64,000 nucleotides of DNA from NCBI RefSeq assembly GCF_009914755.1, contig NC_060933.1; one strand, written 5' to 3'. Position 1 is the stretch's first letter; each line of letters starts with the position of its first letter. This document shows positions 41,801-56,085 of the stretch, piece after piece. A program made the position numbers and the translations under genes. The DNA comes from the human T2T-CHM13v2.0 reference genome, Homo sapiens. The notes under the pieces were generated by a model. That model did not search any database. It was not told the origin of the DNA and saw only the letters and a list, made by a program, of their open reading frames with translations.

Positions 41801-43420
41801 TCCATTCCATTCCGGATGATTCCATTCCATTGCATTCCATTCCATTCCATTCCCCTTCACTCGTGTTGATTCCATTCCCTTCCATTCCATTCCATTCCGT
41901 TCCATTCCATTCCATTCCATTCTATTCCGGTTAATTCCATTCCATTCCATTCCATTCCATTCCATTCCATTCCATTGCAATCGAGTTGATTCCATTCCAT
42001 TCCTTTCCATTCCATTCCATTGCCTTGCATTCCACTCGTGTTGATTCCATTCCCTTCTTTCCACTCCATTACATTCCCTTCCATGATTGATTCCATTCTA
42101 TTCCATTCCAATTCATTCCATTGCAATCCATTCCAATACATTCCATTGCATTCCATTCCACACGAGTTGACTTCATTCCATTCCTTTCCATTCTTTTCCA
42201 TTCCTTTCCACTCGAGTTGATTCCATTCCATTCCAATCCATTGCATTCCATTCCATGCCATTCCACTCGGGTTGATTCCATTCCTTTGCATTCCATTCCA
42301 TTCCATTCCATTCCATTCCATTCCATTCCTTTGCATTCCATTCCATTACATTCGGATTGATTCTATTCAACTCCCTTACTCTCCATTACATTCCATTCCA
42401 TTCGGGTTGTTCCATTCCATTCCATTCCATTCCACTCCATTCCATTGCACTCGGGTTGATTCCATTCCATTCCATTCCATTCCATTCCATTCCATTCCAT
42501 TCCATTCCGGATGATTCCATTCCATTGCATTCCGTTCCATTACATTCCCCTGCACTCGCGTTGATTCCATTCCATTCCATTCCTTTCCATTCAATTCCAT
42601 TCCATTACAATTCGTTCCATTCCATTCTATTCCGTACCATTCCATTCCATTCCATACCACTCCATTCCATTCCATTCCATTCCATTCCATTCCGTTCCAT
42701 TCCGTTCCATTCCATTCCATTCCATTCTATTCGGGTTAATCCCATTCCATTCCATTCTATTCCATTCCATTGCAATCGAGTTGAATCCACTGCATTTCAT
42801 TCCATTCCATTCCATTCCATTCCGGAAGATTCCATTCCAATGCATTCCATTCCATGCCATTCCCCTGCACTCGCGTTGATTCAACTCGGGTTGATTTCAT
42901 TCCATTGCATTCCATTCCATTCCATTCCATTCCATTCCATTCCATTCCATTCCATTCCGTTCCATTCCATTCCATTACATTCGGATTGATTCTATTCAAT
43001 TCCCTTACACTCCATTACATTCCATTCAATTCTGGTAGTTTCCATTCCATTACATTCCATTCCTCTCCATTCCATTGCACTCGGGTTGATTCCATTCCAT
43101 TGCATTCCATTCCATTCCATTCCATTCCACTCCGTTCCATTCCATTCCATTACATTCGGATTGACTCTATTCAACTCCCTTACTCTCCATTACATTCCAT
43201 TCCATTCGGCTTGTTCCGTTCCATTCCATTCCATTCCATTCCACTCCATTCCATTGCACTCGGGTTTATTCCATTCCATTCCATTCCATTCCATTCCATT
43301 CCGGATGATTCCTTTCCATTGCATTCCATTCCATTCCATTCCCCTGCACCCGCGTTGATTCCATTCCATTCCATTCCATTCCATTCCATTCCATTCCATT
43401 CCTTTCCATTCCATTCCATT

Positions 43421-43460
43421 CCGTTCCGTTCCGTTCCGTTCCGTTCCGTTCCGTTCCGTT
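43421..43460 (-). repeat. (CCGTT)8 CpG-rich variant tract
   Basis: Eight consecutive CCGTT units in triplication copy 2. Confidence 0.9.
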
Positions 43461-46110
43461 CCATTCCATTCCATTCCATTCTATTCGGGTTAATTCCAAT
43501 CCATTCCATTCGATTGCAATCGAGTTGATTCCATTCCATTCCATTCCATTCCATTCCTTTCCGTTCCATTACAATCGAGTTGATTCCTTTCCATTCAATT
43601 CCATTCCATTCCATTGCATTCCAGTCCTTTCCATTCCATTCCACTCGGGTTGATTCCATTCTATTAGTTTCCATTCCATTCCATTCCCTTCCATTCCACT
43701 CTGGTTGATTCCATTTCTTTCCATTCCACTCGAATACATTCCCTCCTATTCCACTCGGAACGATTCCATTCCATTCTATTCCATTCCATTCCATTCCATT
43801 CCATTCCATTCCATTCCATTCCAGTTCGTTCCATTCCATTCTATTCCGAACCATTCCATTCCATTCCATTCCTTTCCATTCCATTCCTTTCCACTCGTGT
43901 TGATTCCATTCCTTTCCATTCCATTCGGTTTGAAGGCATTCCATTCCATTCAATTCCATTCAATTCCATTCAATTACATTCCATTCTATTCCATTCCATT
44001 GCAATCGAGTTGAATCCATTGCCTTTCATTCCATTCCATTCCATTCCATTCCATTCCGGAAGATTCCATTCCATTACATTCCATTCCATTCCATTCCCCT
44101 GCACTCGCGTTGATTCCATTCCATTCCATTCCATTCCATTCTGTTCCGTTCCATTCCATTCCATTCCATTCCATTCCATTCCGTTCCGTTCCATTCCATC
44201 CCATTCCATTCTATTCGGGTTAATTCCATTCCATTCCATTCGATTGCCATCGAGTTGATTCCATTCCATTCCATTCCATTCCATTTCATTCCATTCCTTT
44301 CCATTCCATTACGGATGACTCCATTCCATTGCTTTCCATTCCATTCCATTCCCCTGTACTCGGGTTGATTCCATTCCATTCCATTCCACTCCATTCGGTT
44401 CCGTTGCATTCCATTCTATTGCATTCCATTCTATTCGGGTTAATTCCATTCCATTCTATTCCATTCCATTCCATTCCATTGCAATGGAGTTGATTCCATT
44501 CCATTCCATTCCATTCCGGATGATTCCATTCCATTGCATTCCATTCCATTCCATTCCCCTGCACTCGTGTTGATTCCATTCCCTTCCATTCCATTCCATT
44601 CCGTTCCATTCCATTCCATTCCATTCTATTCCGGTTAATTCCATTCCATTCCATTCCATTCCATTCCATTCCATTCCATTGCAATCGAGTTGATTCCATT
44701 CCATTCCTTTCCATTCCATTCCATTGCCTTGCATTCCACTCGTGTTGATTCCATTCCCTTCTTTCCACTCCATTACATTCCCTTCCATGATTGATTCCAT
44801 TCTATTCCATTCCAATTCATTCCATTGCAATCCATTCCAATACATTCCATTGCATTCCTTTCCACACGAGTTGACTTCATTCCATTCCTTTCCATTCTTT
44901 TCCATTCCTTTCCACTCGAGTTGATTCCATTCCATTCCAATCCATTGCATTCCATTCCATGCCATTCCACTCGGGTTGATTCCATTCCTTTGCATTCCAT
45001 TCCATTCCATTCCATTCCATTCCATTCCATTCCTTTGCATTCCATTCCATTACATTCGGATTGATTCTATTCAACTCCCTTACTCTCCATTACATTCCAT
45101 TCCATTCGGGTTGTTCCATTCCATTCCATTCCATTAAACTCCATTCCATTGCACTCGGGTTGATTCCATTCCATTCCATTCCATTCCATTCCATTCCATT
45201 CCGGATGATTCCATTCCATTGCATTCCGTTCCATTACATTCCCCTGCACTCGCGTTGATTCCATTCCATTCCATTCCTTTCCATTCAATTCCATTCCATT
45301 ACAATTCGTTCCATTCCATTCTATTCCGTACCATTCCATTCCATTGCATACCACTCCATTCCATTCCATTCCATTCCATTCCATTCCGTTCCATTCCGTT
45401 CCATTCCATTCCATTCCATTCTATTCGGGTTAATCCCATTCCATTCCATTCTATTCCATTCCATTGCAATCGAGTTGAATCCACTGCATTTCATTCCATT
45501 CCATTCCATTCCATTCCGGAAGATTCCATTCCAATGCATTCCATTCCATGCCATTCCCCTGCACTCGCGTTGATTCAACTCGGGTTGATTTCATTCCATT
45601 GCATTCCATTCCATTCCATTCCATTCCATTCCATTCCATTCCGTTCCATTCCATTCCATTACATTCGGATTGATTCTATTCAATTCCCTTACACTCCATT
45701 ACATTCCATTCAATTCTGGTAGTTTCCATTCCATTCCATTCCATTCCTCTCCATTCCATTGCACTCGGGTTGATTCCATTCCATTGCATTCCATTCCATT
45801 CCATTCCATTCCACTCCGTTCCATTCCATTCCATTACATTCGGATTGACTCTATTCAACTCCCTTACTCTCCATTACATTCCATTCCACTCGGCTTGTTC
45901 CATTCCATTCCATTCCATTCCATTCCACTCCATTCCATTGCACTCGGGTTTATTCCATTCCATTCCATTCCATTCCATTCCATTCCGGATGATTCCTTTC
46001 CATTGCATTCCATTCCATTCCATTCCCCTCCACTCGCGTTGATTCCATTCCATTCCATTCCATTCCATTCCATTCCATTCCATTCCATTCCTTTCCATTC
46101 CATTCCATTC

Positions 46111-46160
46111 CGTTCCGTTCCGTTCCGTTCCGTTCCGTTCCGTTCCGTTCCGTTCCGTTC
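46111..46160 (-). repeat. (CGTTC)10 CpG-rich variant tract
   Basis: Ten consecutive CGTTC units at the equivalent position in triplication copy 3. Confidence 0.9.
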
Positions 46161-49100
46161 CATTCCTTTCCATTCCATTCTATTCGGGTTAATTCCAATC
46201 CATTCCATTCGATTGCAATCGAGTTGATTCCATTCCATTCCATTCCATTCCATTCCTTTCCATTCCATTACGGATGATTCCATTCCATTGCATTCCATTC
46301 CATTCCATTCCCCTGTACTCGGGTTGATTCCATTCCATTCCATTCCAATCCATGCCATTCCACTCGTGTTGATACCATTCTTTCCATTCCATTCAAGTTG
46401 AATCCATTCCATTGCATTCCCTTCCATTCCATTCCCCTGCAGTCGGGTTGATTCCATTCCATTCCATTGCATTCCATTCCATTCCGTTCCGTTCCGTTCC
46501 ATTCCATTCCATTCCATTCTATTCGGGTTAATTCCATTCCATTCCATTCCATTCCATTCCATTCCATTCCATTCCAATCGAGTTGATTCCATTCCATTCC
46601 ATTCCATTCCATTCCACTCCATTCCAGTCCTTTCCATTCCATTCCACTCGGGTTGATTCCAATGTATTCCTTTCCATTCCATTCCATTCCATTCCGGAAG
46701 ATTCCATTCCATTGCATTCCATTCCATTCCATTCCCCTGCACTCGTGTTGATTCCATTCCATTCCATTCCATTCCATTCCATTCCAATCCATTCCATTCC
46801 ATTCCGTTCCGTTCCATTCCATTCCATTCCATTCTATTCGGGTTAATTCCATTCCATTCCATTCGATTGCAATCGAGTTGATTCCATTCCATTCTATTCC
46901 ATTCCATTCCATTCCATTACGGATGATTCCATTCCATTGCATTCCATTCCATTCCATTCCCCTGTACTCGGGTTGATTCCATTCCATTCCATTCCAATCC
47001 ATGCCATTCCACTCGTGTTGATTCCATTCTTTCCATTCCATTCAAGTTGAATCCATTCCATTGCATTCCATTCCATTCCATTACCCTGCAGTCGGGTTGA
47101 TTCCATTCCATTCCCTTCCATTCCATTCCATTCCGTTCCGTTCCATTCCATTCCATTCCATTCTATTCGGGTTAATTCCATTCCATTCCATTCCATTCCA
47201 TTCCATTCCAATCGAGTTGATTCCATTCCATTCCATTCCATTCCATTCCACTCCATTCCAGTCCTTTCCATTCCATTCCACTCGCGTTGATTCCAATGTA
47301 TTCCTTTCCATTCCATTCCATTCCATTGCAATCGAGTTGATTCCATTGCTTTGCATTCAATTCCTTTCCATTCCATTCCGGGTGATTCCATTCCATTGCA
47401 TTCCATTCCATTCCATTCCCCTGCACTCGGGTTGATTGCATTCCATTCCACTCCATTCCGTTCCATTCCATTCCATTCCATTGTATTCGGGTTAATTCCA
47501 CTCCATTGCATTCCATTCCATTCCATTCCATTCCATTCCATTACAATCGAGTTGATTCCATTCCATTCCATTCCATTCCAGTCCTTTCCATTCCATTCCA
47601 CTCGGGTTGATTCCATTCTATTAGTTTCCATTCCATTCCATTCCCTTCCATTCCACTCTGGTTGATACCATTCCTTTCCATTCCACTCGAACACATTCTC
47701 TCCTATTCCACTCGGAACGATTCCATTCCATTCCATTCCATTCCATTCCATTCCATTCCATTCCATTCCTTTCCATTCCATTGTACTCGGGTTGATTCAA
47801 TTCCATTGCATTCCATTCCATTCCATTCCATTCCATTCAGTTGCATTCCATTCCATTACATTCGGATTGATTCTATTCAACTCCCTTACTCTCCATTACA
47901 TTCCACTCCATTCGGGTTGTTCCATTCCATTCCATTCCATTCCACTCCATTCCATTGCACTCGGGGTGATTCCATTCCATTCCATTCCATTCCATTCCAT
48001 TCCATTCCATTCCATTCCATTCTGGATGATTCCATTCCATTGCATTCCGTTCCATTACATTCCCCTGCACTCGCGTTGATTCCATTCCATTCCATTCAAT
48101 TCCATTCCATTACAATTCGTTCCATTCCATTCTATTCCGTACCATTCCATTCCATTCCATACCATTCCATTCCATTCCATTCCATTCCATTCCGTTCCAT
48201 TCCGTTCCATTCCATTCCATTGCATTCTATTCGGATTAATTCCATTCCATTCCATTCCATTCCATTCTATTCCATTCCATTGCAATCGAGTTGAATCCAT
48301 TGCATTTCATTCCATTCCATTCCATTCCATTCCATTCCGGAAGATTCCATTCCATTGCATTCCATTCCATTCCATTCCCCTGCACTCGCGTTGATTCCAT
48401 TCCATTCCATTCCATTCCATTCCATTCCGTTCCGTTCCATTCTATTCCATTCCATTCCATTCCATTCCGTTCCATTCCATTCCATTCCATTCTATTCGGG
48501 TTAATTCCATTCCATTCCATTCGATTGCAATCGAGTTGATTCCATTCCATTCCATTCCATTCAATTCCATTCCATTCCATTCCTTTCGATTCCATTACGG
48601 ATGATTCCATTCCATTGCATTCCATTCCATTCCATTCACCTGTACTCGGGTTGATTCCATTCCATTCCATTCCAATCCATGCCATTCCACTCGTGTTGAT
48701 TCCATTCTTTCCATTCCATTCAAGTTGAATCCATTCCATTGCATTCCATTCCATTCGATTCCATTCGATTGCACTCGGGTTGATTCCATTCCATTGCATT
48801 CCATTCCATTCCATTCCATTCCATTCCATTCCATTCCATTCCGTTCCATTCCATTCCATTACATTCGGATTGATTCTATTCAATTCCCTTACACTCCATT
48901 ACTTTCCATTCCATTAGGGTAGTTTCCATTCCATTCCATTCCATTCCTCTCTATTCCATTGAACTCGGGTTGATTCCATTCCATTGCATTCCATTCCATT
49001 CCATTCCATTCCTTTCCGTTCCATTCCATTCCATTCCATTCCATTCCATTCCGGAAGATTCCATTCCATTGCATTCCATTCCATTCCATTCCCCTGCACT

Positions 49101-52100
49101 CGCGTTGATTCCATTCCATTCCATTCTATTACATTCCATTCCCTTCCTTTCCGTTCCATTCCATTCCATTCCATTCCATTCCATTCCGTTCCGTTCCATT
49201 CGATTCCATTCCATTCCATTCCATTCCATTCCATTCCATTACGGATTATTCCATTCCACTGCATTCCATTCCATTCCATTCCCCTGTACTCGGGTTGATT
49301 CCATTCCATTCCATTCCAATCCATACCATTCCACTCGTGTTGATTCCATTCTTTCCATTCCATTCAAGTTGAATCCATTCCATTGCATTCCATTCCATTC
49401 GAATCCATTCGATTGCACTCGGGTTGATTCCATCCCATTGCATTCCATTCCATTCCATTCTATTCCGTTCCATTCCATTCCATTACATTCGGATTGATTC
49501 TATTCAACTCCCTTACTCTCCATTACATTCCATTCCATTCGAGTTGTTCCATTCCATTCCATTCCATTCCATTCCACTCCATTCCATTGCACTCGGGTTG
49601 ATTCCATTCCATTCCATTCCATTCCATTCCATTCCATTCCGGAAGATTCCATTCCATTGAATTCCATTCCATTCCATTACCCTGCACTCGCGTTGATTCC
49701 ATTCCATTCCATTCTATTACATTCCATTCCCTTCTTTTCCGTTCCATTCCATTCCATTCCATTCCATTCCATTCCGTTCCGTTCCATTCCATTCCATTCC
49801 ATTCCATTCTGTTCCGTTCCATTCCATTCCATTCCATTCTATACGGGTTAATTCCATTCCATTCCATTCGATTGCAATCGAGTTGATTCCATTCCATTCC
49901 ATTCCATTCCATTCCATTCCATTCCTTTCCATTCCATTCCACACGGGTTGATTCCATTGTATTGCTTTCCATTCCATTCCATTCCATTTCAATCCATTCC
50001 ATTGCACTCGGGTTGATTCCATTCCATTCCATTCCATTGCATTCCATTCCATTCCATTCCGGATGATTCCATTCCATTGCATTCCATTCCATTCCATTCC
50101 CCTGCACTCGGGTTGATTCCATTCCATTCCATTCCATTACATTCCGTTCCATTCCATTCCATTCCATTCGGATTGATTCTATTCAATTCCCATACACTCC
50201 ATTACATTCCATTCCATTCGGGTAGTTTCCATTCCATTCCATTCCATTCCTCTCCATTCCATTGCACTCGGGTTGATTCCATTCCATTCCATTCCATTCC
50301 ATTCCATTCCATTACATTCCATTCCATTCCGTTCCATTGTACTCGGGTTGATTCCATTCCATTGCATTCCATTCCATTCCATTCCATTCCATTCCATTCC
50401 ATTGCATTCCATTCCGTTCCATTCCATTACATTCGGATTGATTCTATTCAACTCCCTTACTCTCCATTACATTCCATCCCATTCGGGTTGTTCCATTCCA
50501 TTCCATTCCATTCCACTCCATTCCATTGCGCTCGGGTTGATTCCATTCCATTCCATTCCATTCCATTCCATTCCATTCCATTCCGGATGATTCCATTCCA
50601 TTGCATTCCGTTCGATTACATTCCCCGGCATTCGGGTTGATTCCATTCCATTCCATTCCATTCCATTCCATTCCATTCCATTCCATTCCATTCCAATTCT
50701 TTCCATTCCATTCTATTCCGTACCATTCCATTCCATTCTATACAATTCCATTCCATTCCATTCCACTCCGTTCCGTTCCGTTCCGTTCTGTTCCGTTCCA
50801 TTCCATTCCATTCTATTCGGTTTAATTCCATTCCATTCCATTCCATTGCATTCCATTCTATTCCATTCCATTGCAATCGAGTTGAATCCAATGCATTCCA
50901 TTCCATTCTATTCCATTCCATTCCATTCAATTCCATAAGATTCCATTCCATTGCATTCCATTCCATTCCATTCCATTCCATTCCATTCCATTCCAGTCCA
51001 TTCCATTGTACTCGGGTTGATTCCATTCCATTGCATTCCGTTCCATTCCATTCCATTCCATTCCATTCCGTTCCATTCCATTCCATTACATTCGGATTGA
51101 TTCTTTTCAACTCCCTTACTGTCCACTACATTCCATTCCATTCGGGTTGTTCCATTCCATTCCTTTCCTTTCCACTCCATTGCATTGCACTCGGGTTGAT
51201 TCCATTCCATTCCATTCCATTCCATTCCGGATGATTCCATTCCATTGCATTCCGTTCCATTACGTTCCCCTGCACTCGGGTTGATTCCATTCCATTCCTT
51301 TCCATTCCATTCGATTCCATTCCATTCCCCTGTACTCGCGTTGATTCCATTCCATTCCATTCCGTTCCATTCCATTCCATTCCATTCCTTTCCGTTCCAT
51401 TCCATTCCACTCCATTCCATTCCGTTCCGTTCCATTCCATTCCATTCCATTCTATTCGGGTTAATTCCATGCCATTCCATTCGATTGCAATCGAGTTGAT
51501 TCCATTCCATTCCATTCCATTCCATTCCATTCCAGTCCTTTCCATTCCTTGCCATTCCATTACGGATGATTCCATTCCATTGCATTCCATTCCATTCCAT
51601 TCCCCTGTACTCGGGTTGATTCCATTCCATTCCATTCCAATCCATGCCATTCCACTGGTTTTGATTCCATTCTTTCCTTTCCATTCAAGTTGAATCCATT
51701 GCATTGCATTCCATTCCATTTGATTCCATTCGATTGCACTCGGGTTGATTCCATTCCATTGCATTCCATTCCATTCCATTCCATTCCCTTCCATTCCACT
51801 CTGGTTGATTCCATTCCTTTCCATTCCACTTGAATACTTTCCCTCCTATTCCACTCGGAACGATTCCATTCCATTCCATTCCATTCCATTCCATTCCATT
51901 CCATTCCATTTCGTTCCATTCCATTCTATTCCATATCATTCCATTCCATTCCATTCCATTCCATTCCATTCCATTCCATTCCATTGTACTCGGGTTGATT
52001 CCATTCCATTGCATTCCATTCCATTCCATTCCATTCCACTCCGTTGCATTCCATTCCATTACATTCGGATTGATTCTATTCAACTCCCTTACTCTCAATT

Positions 52101-52662
52101 ATATTCCATTCCATTGGGGTTGTTCCATTCCATTCCATTCCATTCCACTCCATTCCATTGCACTCGGGTTGATTCCATTCCATTCCATTCCATTCCATTC
52201 CATTCCGGATGATTCCATTCCATTGCATTCCGTTCCATTACATTCCCCTGCACTCGCGTTGATTCCATTCCATTCCATTCCATTCCATTCAATTCCATTC
52301 CATTACAATTCGTTCCATTCCATTCTATTCCGTACCATTCCATTCCATTCCATACCATTCCATTCCATTCCGTTCCATTCCATTCCGTTCCATTCCGTTC
52401 CATTCCATTCCATTCCATTCTATTCGGATTAATTCCATTCCATTCCATTCCATTCCATTCTATTCCATTCCATTGCAATCGAGTTGAATCCATTGCATTT
52501 CATTCCATTCCATTCCATTCCTTTCCATTCCGGAAGATTCCATTCCATTACATTCCATTCCATTCCATTCCCCTGCACTCGCATTGATTCCATTCCATTC
52601 CATTCCATTCCATTCCGTTCCATTCCATTCCATTCCATTCCATTCCATTCCATTCCGTTCCG

Positions 52663-52785
52663 TTCCATTCTATTCGGGTTAATTCCATTCCATTTCATTC
52701 GATTGCAATCGAGTTGATTCCATTCCATTCCATTCCATTCTATTCGGGTTAATTCCATTCCATTTCATTCGATTGCAATCGAGTT
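52663..52785 (-). repeat. 70-bp tandem duplication
   Basis: TATTCGGGTTAATTCCATTCCATTTCATTCGATTGCAATCGAGTT at 52671 and 52741, both with the rare CATTTCATTCG variant. Confidence 0.85.
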
Positions 52786-55696
52786 TATTCCATTCTATTC
52801 CATTCCATTCCATTCCATTCCATTCCATTCCTTTCCATTCCATTACGGATGATTCTATTCCATTGCATTCCATTCCATTCCATTCCGTTGCATTCCATTC
52901 CATTACATTCGGATTGATTCTATTGAACTCCCTTACTCTCCATTACATTCCATTCCATTCGGGTTTTTCCATTCCATTCCATTCCATTCCACTCCATTCA
53001 ATTGCACTCGGGTTGATTCCATTCCATTCCATTCCATTCCATTCCATTCCGGATGATTCCATTCCATTGCATTCCATTCCATTCCATTCCCCTGCACTCG
53101 CGTTGATTCCATTCCATTCCATTCCATTCCTTTCAATTCCATTCCATTACAATTCGTTCCATTCCATTCTATTCCGTACCATTCCATTCCATTCCATACC
53201 ATTCCATTGCATTCCATTCCATTCCGTTCCATTCCGTTCCATTCCTTTCCATTCCATTCTATTCGAATTAATTCCATTCAATTCCATTCCATTCCATTCT
53301 ATTCCATTCCATTGCAATCGAGTTGAATCCATTGCATTTCATTCCATTCCATTCCATTCCATTCCATTCCGGAAGATTCCATTCCATTGCATTCCATTCC
53401 ATTCCATTCTCCTGCACTCGCGTTGATTCCATTCCATTCCATTCCATTCCATTCCATTCCAATCGAGTTGATTCCATTCCATTCCATTCCATTCCATTCC
53501 ACTCCATTCCAGTCCTTTCCATTCCATTACACTCGGGTTGATTCCATTCTATTCCTTTCCATTCCATTCCATTCCATTGCAATCGAGTTGATTCCATTGC
53601 TTTGCATTCCATTCCATTCCATTCCATTCCGGATGATTCCATTCCATTGCATTCCATTCCATTCCATTCCCCTGCAATCGTGTTGATTCCATTCCATTCC
53701 ACTCCATTCCGTTGCATTCCATTCCATTCCATTGTATTCGGGTTAATTCCATTCCATTCCATTCCATTCCATTCCATTACAATCGAGTTGATTCCATTCC
53801 ATTCAATTCCATTCCATTCCATTCCATTCCAGTCCTTTCCATTCCATTCCACTCGGGTTGATTCCATTCTATTAGTTTCCATTCCATTCCATTCCCTTCC
53901 ATTCCACTCTGGTTGATTCCATTCCTTTCCATTCCACTCGAATACATTCCCTCCTATTCCACTCGGAACGATTCCTTTCCATTCTATTCCATTCCATTCC
54001 ATTCCATTCCAGTTCGTTCCATTCCATTCTATTTCGTACCATTCCATTCCATTCCATTCCTTTCCATTCCATTCCTTTCCACTCGTGTTGATTCCATTCC
54101 TTTCCATTCCATTCGGTTTGAAGGCATTCCATTCCATTCAATTCCATTCCATTCCATTCAATTCTATTCCATTCTATTCCATTCCATTGCAATCGAGTTG
54201 AATCCATTGCCTTTCATTCCATTCCATTCCATTCCATTCCATTCCGGAAGCTTCCATTCCATTCCATTCCATTCCATTCCATTCCATTCCCCTGCACTCG
54301 CGTTGATTCCATTGCATTCCATTCCATTCCATTCCGTTCCGTTCCATTCCATTCCATTCCATTCCATTCCATTCCGTTCCGTTCCATTCCATTCCATTCC
54401 ATTCTAATCGGGTTAATTCCATTCCATTCCATTCGATTGCCATCGAGTTGATTCCATTCCATTCCATTCCATTCCATTCCATTCCATTCCATTCCATTCC
54501 TTTCCATTCCATTACGGATGACTCCATTCCATTGCTTTCCATTCCATTCCATTCCCCTGTACTCGGGTTGATTCCATTCCATTCCATTCCACTCCATTCG
54601 GTTCCGTTGCATTCCATTCTATTGCATTCCATTCTATTCGGGTTAATTCCATTCCATTCTATTCCATTCCATTCCATTCCATTCCATTGCAATGGAGTTT
54701 ATTCCATTCCATTCCATTCCATTCCGGATGATTCCATTCCATTGCATTCCATTCCATTCCATTCCCCTGCACTCGTGTTGATTCCATTCCCTTCCATTCC
54801 ATTCCATTCCGTTCCATTCCATTCCATTCCATTCTATTCCGGTTAATTCCATTCCATTCCATTCCATTCCATTCCATTCCATTGCAATCGAGTTGATTCC
54901 ATTCCATTCCTTTCCATTCCATTCCATTGCCTTGCATTCCACTCGGGTTGATTCCATTCCCTTCTTTCCACTCCATTACTTTCCATTCCATTCCACTCGG
55001 AATGATTGATTCCATTCCATTCCATTCCATTTCATTCCATTGCAATCCATTCCAATCCATTCCATTCCATTCTATTCCACTCGAGTTGACTTCATTCCAT
55101 TCCTTTCCATTCCATTCCATTCCTTTCCACTCGAGTTGATTCCATTACATTCCAATCCATTGCAATCCATTCCATGCCATTCCACTCGGGTTGATTCCAT
55201 TCCTTTGCATTCCATTCCATTCCATTCCATTGCATTCCATTCCATTCCATTCCGTTGCATTCGATTCCATTACATTCGGATTGATTCTATTCAACTCCCT
55301 TACTCTCCATTACATTCCATTCCATTCGGGTTGTTCCATTCCATTCCATTCCATTCCACTCCATTCCATTGCACTCGGGTTGATTCCATTCCATTCCATT
55401 CCATTCCATTCCATTCCGGATGATTCCATTCCATTGCATTCCGTTCCATTACATTCCCCTGCACTCGGGTTGATACCATTCCATTCCATTCCATTCCATT
55501 CCATTCCATTCCATTCCGGATGATTCCATTCCATTGCATTCCATTCCATTCCATTCCCCTGCACTCGGGTTGATTACATTCCATTTCCTTCCCTTCCATT
55601 CCTTTCCATTCCATTCCATTCCATTCTATTCGGGTGAATTCCATTCCATTCCATTCCATTCCATTCCATTCCATTCCATTCCTTTCCATTCCATTA

Positions 55697-56085
55697 CGGA
55701 TGATTCCATTCCATTGCATTCCATTCCATTCCATTCCGTTGCATTCCATTCCATTACATTCGGATTGATTCTATTCAACTCCCTTACTCTCCATTACATT
55801 CCATTCCATTCGGGTTTTTCCATTCCATTCCATTCCATTCCACTCCATTCAATTGCACTCGGGTTGATTCCATTCCATTCCATTCCATTCCATTCCATTC
55901 CATTCCGGATGATTCCATTCCATTGCATTCCATTCCATTCCATTCCGTTGCATTCCATTCCATTACATTCGGATTGATTCTATTCAACTCCCTTACTCTC
56001 CATTACATTCCATTCCATTCGGGTTTTTCCATTCCATTCCATTCCATTCCACTCCATTCAATTGCACTCGGGTTGATTCCATTCC
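55697..56085 (-). repeat. 209-bp tandem duplication
   Basis: CGGATGATTCC...CCGTTGC...CAACTCCCTTACTCTCC...CGGGTTTTTCC...CATTCAATTGCACTCGGG at 55697 and 55906. Confidence 0.85.

Larger units (their letters stand above)
38377..46269 (-). repeat. Tandem triplication of a ~2.5-2.7 kb unit (copies start 38377, 40871, 43570; lengths 2494, 2699, 2699)
   Basis: Each copy starts TACAATCGAGTTGATTCCTTTCCATTCAATTCC and carries the private variants CCATTTCTTTCC, CCAATACATTCC, GTTGATTCAACTCGGGTTGATTTC, CAATTCTGGTAG and CGGCTTGTTCC. ORF-track repeats at 39536/42020/44724. Confidence 0.92.
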
